Assembly: GCA_050251875.1 (NCBI GenBank)
Contig: JBFWMA010000003.1
Location: forward strand, 264,536-290,637
Direction: 5' to 3'
DNA length: 26,102 bases
Source of the DNA: Deferribacterales bacterium
Lineage (GTDB): Bacteria; Chrysiogenota; Deferribacteres; Deferribacterales; Geovibrionaceae
Below are positions 25,701 through 26,102 of this stretch, in pieces. Each line of letters opens with the position of its first letter. Within the stretch, counting starts at the first letter, position 1. Position numbers and translations under genes: made by a program. Below the pieces are notes generated by a model that saw only the letters and a program-made list of their open reading frames with translations, was not told the DNA's origin and made no database searches.

Positions 25701-26102
25701 TCAAAAATTATCTATCGCCTTCTCCTGCTCTGCCTGCTGGCGTCTGCGGATGATCTTGTTGTATGTGGATATGATATCTTTTCTGGTGATGATGCCCAGC
25801 AGTTTGTCCGGATTTTCCGGATCCACCACGGGGAGCATCTCTGTTTTTTTGAAGCCTATATTCTCGATAGCGTCTGAGAGCGAATCGTCCGGCGACACAG
25901 CGGGAACGTCCGTCTCGCAGACCTCTCCGGCCACCACGATATCTTCCAGCCCCTCTTCCAGAACAAATTCCCTGAGCTCCTCAAAGAGCAGAACACCGGC
26001 GAATGTGCCGTTCTCTCTTATCACGGGAAAGTTGTTGTGCTTGGTTTTTGAGATGAAAGGCACTATCTCGTTGAATTTCATATTTTCCGGAATAACTATC
26101 GG
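25701..26102 (-). CDS. C-terminal tandem CBS domains, probably of a ClC chloride channel family protein (5' end outside the window)
   Basis: The frame is open to the window edge (PIVIPENMKFNE...). CBS pair: FPVIRENGTFAGVL and LPVVDPENPDKLLGIITRKDII. The ClC assignment is inferred from the style of the tail; the channel domain is not visible. Confidence 0.7.
   Translation of the reverse strand, partial: PIVIPENMKFNEIVPFISKTKHNNFPVIRENGTFAGVLLFEELREFVLEEGLEDIVVAGEVCETDVPAVSPDDSLSDAIENIGFKKTEMLPVVDPENPDKLLGIITRKDIISTYNKIIRRRQQAEQEKAIDNF

Noticed and set aside
25682..25707. A/T tracts as an intrinsic terminator or phase-variable repeat
   Set aside because: No GC-rich hairpin precedes the T-run and the tracts are short; they are better explained as promoter UP-like sequence.
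1..26102. Mobile elements, CRISPR arrays, tRNA/rRNA, riboswitches, defence systems
   Set aside because: No transposase, integrase or nuclease motifs and no spaced repeats were seen; intergenic gaps are all under about 130 nt, and no structured RNA was recognised by eye (a covariance-model search was not possible).

Overview
A 26.1 kb, roughly 50% GC bacterial chromosomal window devoted almost entirely to signal transduction. Nearly all genes are on the minus strand. The gene style suggests an anaerobe such as Deferribacterota, but this is inference only. (1) 1-10930: a tightly coupled chemosensory operon of at least 11 genes: parA-like ATPase > lidless Hsp70 paralog > soluble double-signalling-domain (DosM-like) chemoreceptor with an inserted CZB zinc-binding domain > triple-domain cheW > cheB > STAS > cheY > HEAT-repeat protein > cheR > cheY > cheA (runs off the window). 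The core resembles the F9 class (Vibrio cholerae cluster I type) that forms cytoplasmic arrays. The most unusual elements are the ParA-Hsp70 pair at its head and the 102-residue CZB insertion in the receptor. (2) A lone gmhB on the plus strand. (3) A c-di-GMP/two-component block: a dCache-HAMP-GGDEF cyclase; an HDOD > GAF-kinase > multi-PAS hybrid kinase > REC-GGDEF operon; and a lipoprotein solute-binding protein coupled to a Cache-PAS kinase. (4) A small gene behind a sigma28-like promoter and the CBS-domain tail of a probable ClC channel. The same TTAA-N15-xxCGAT promoter pattern precedes both the che operon and the small gene. No rRNA, tRNA, CRISPR or mobile element was recognised.
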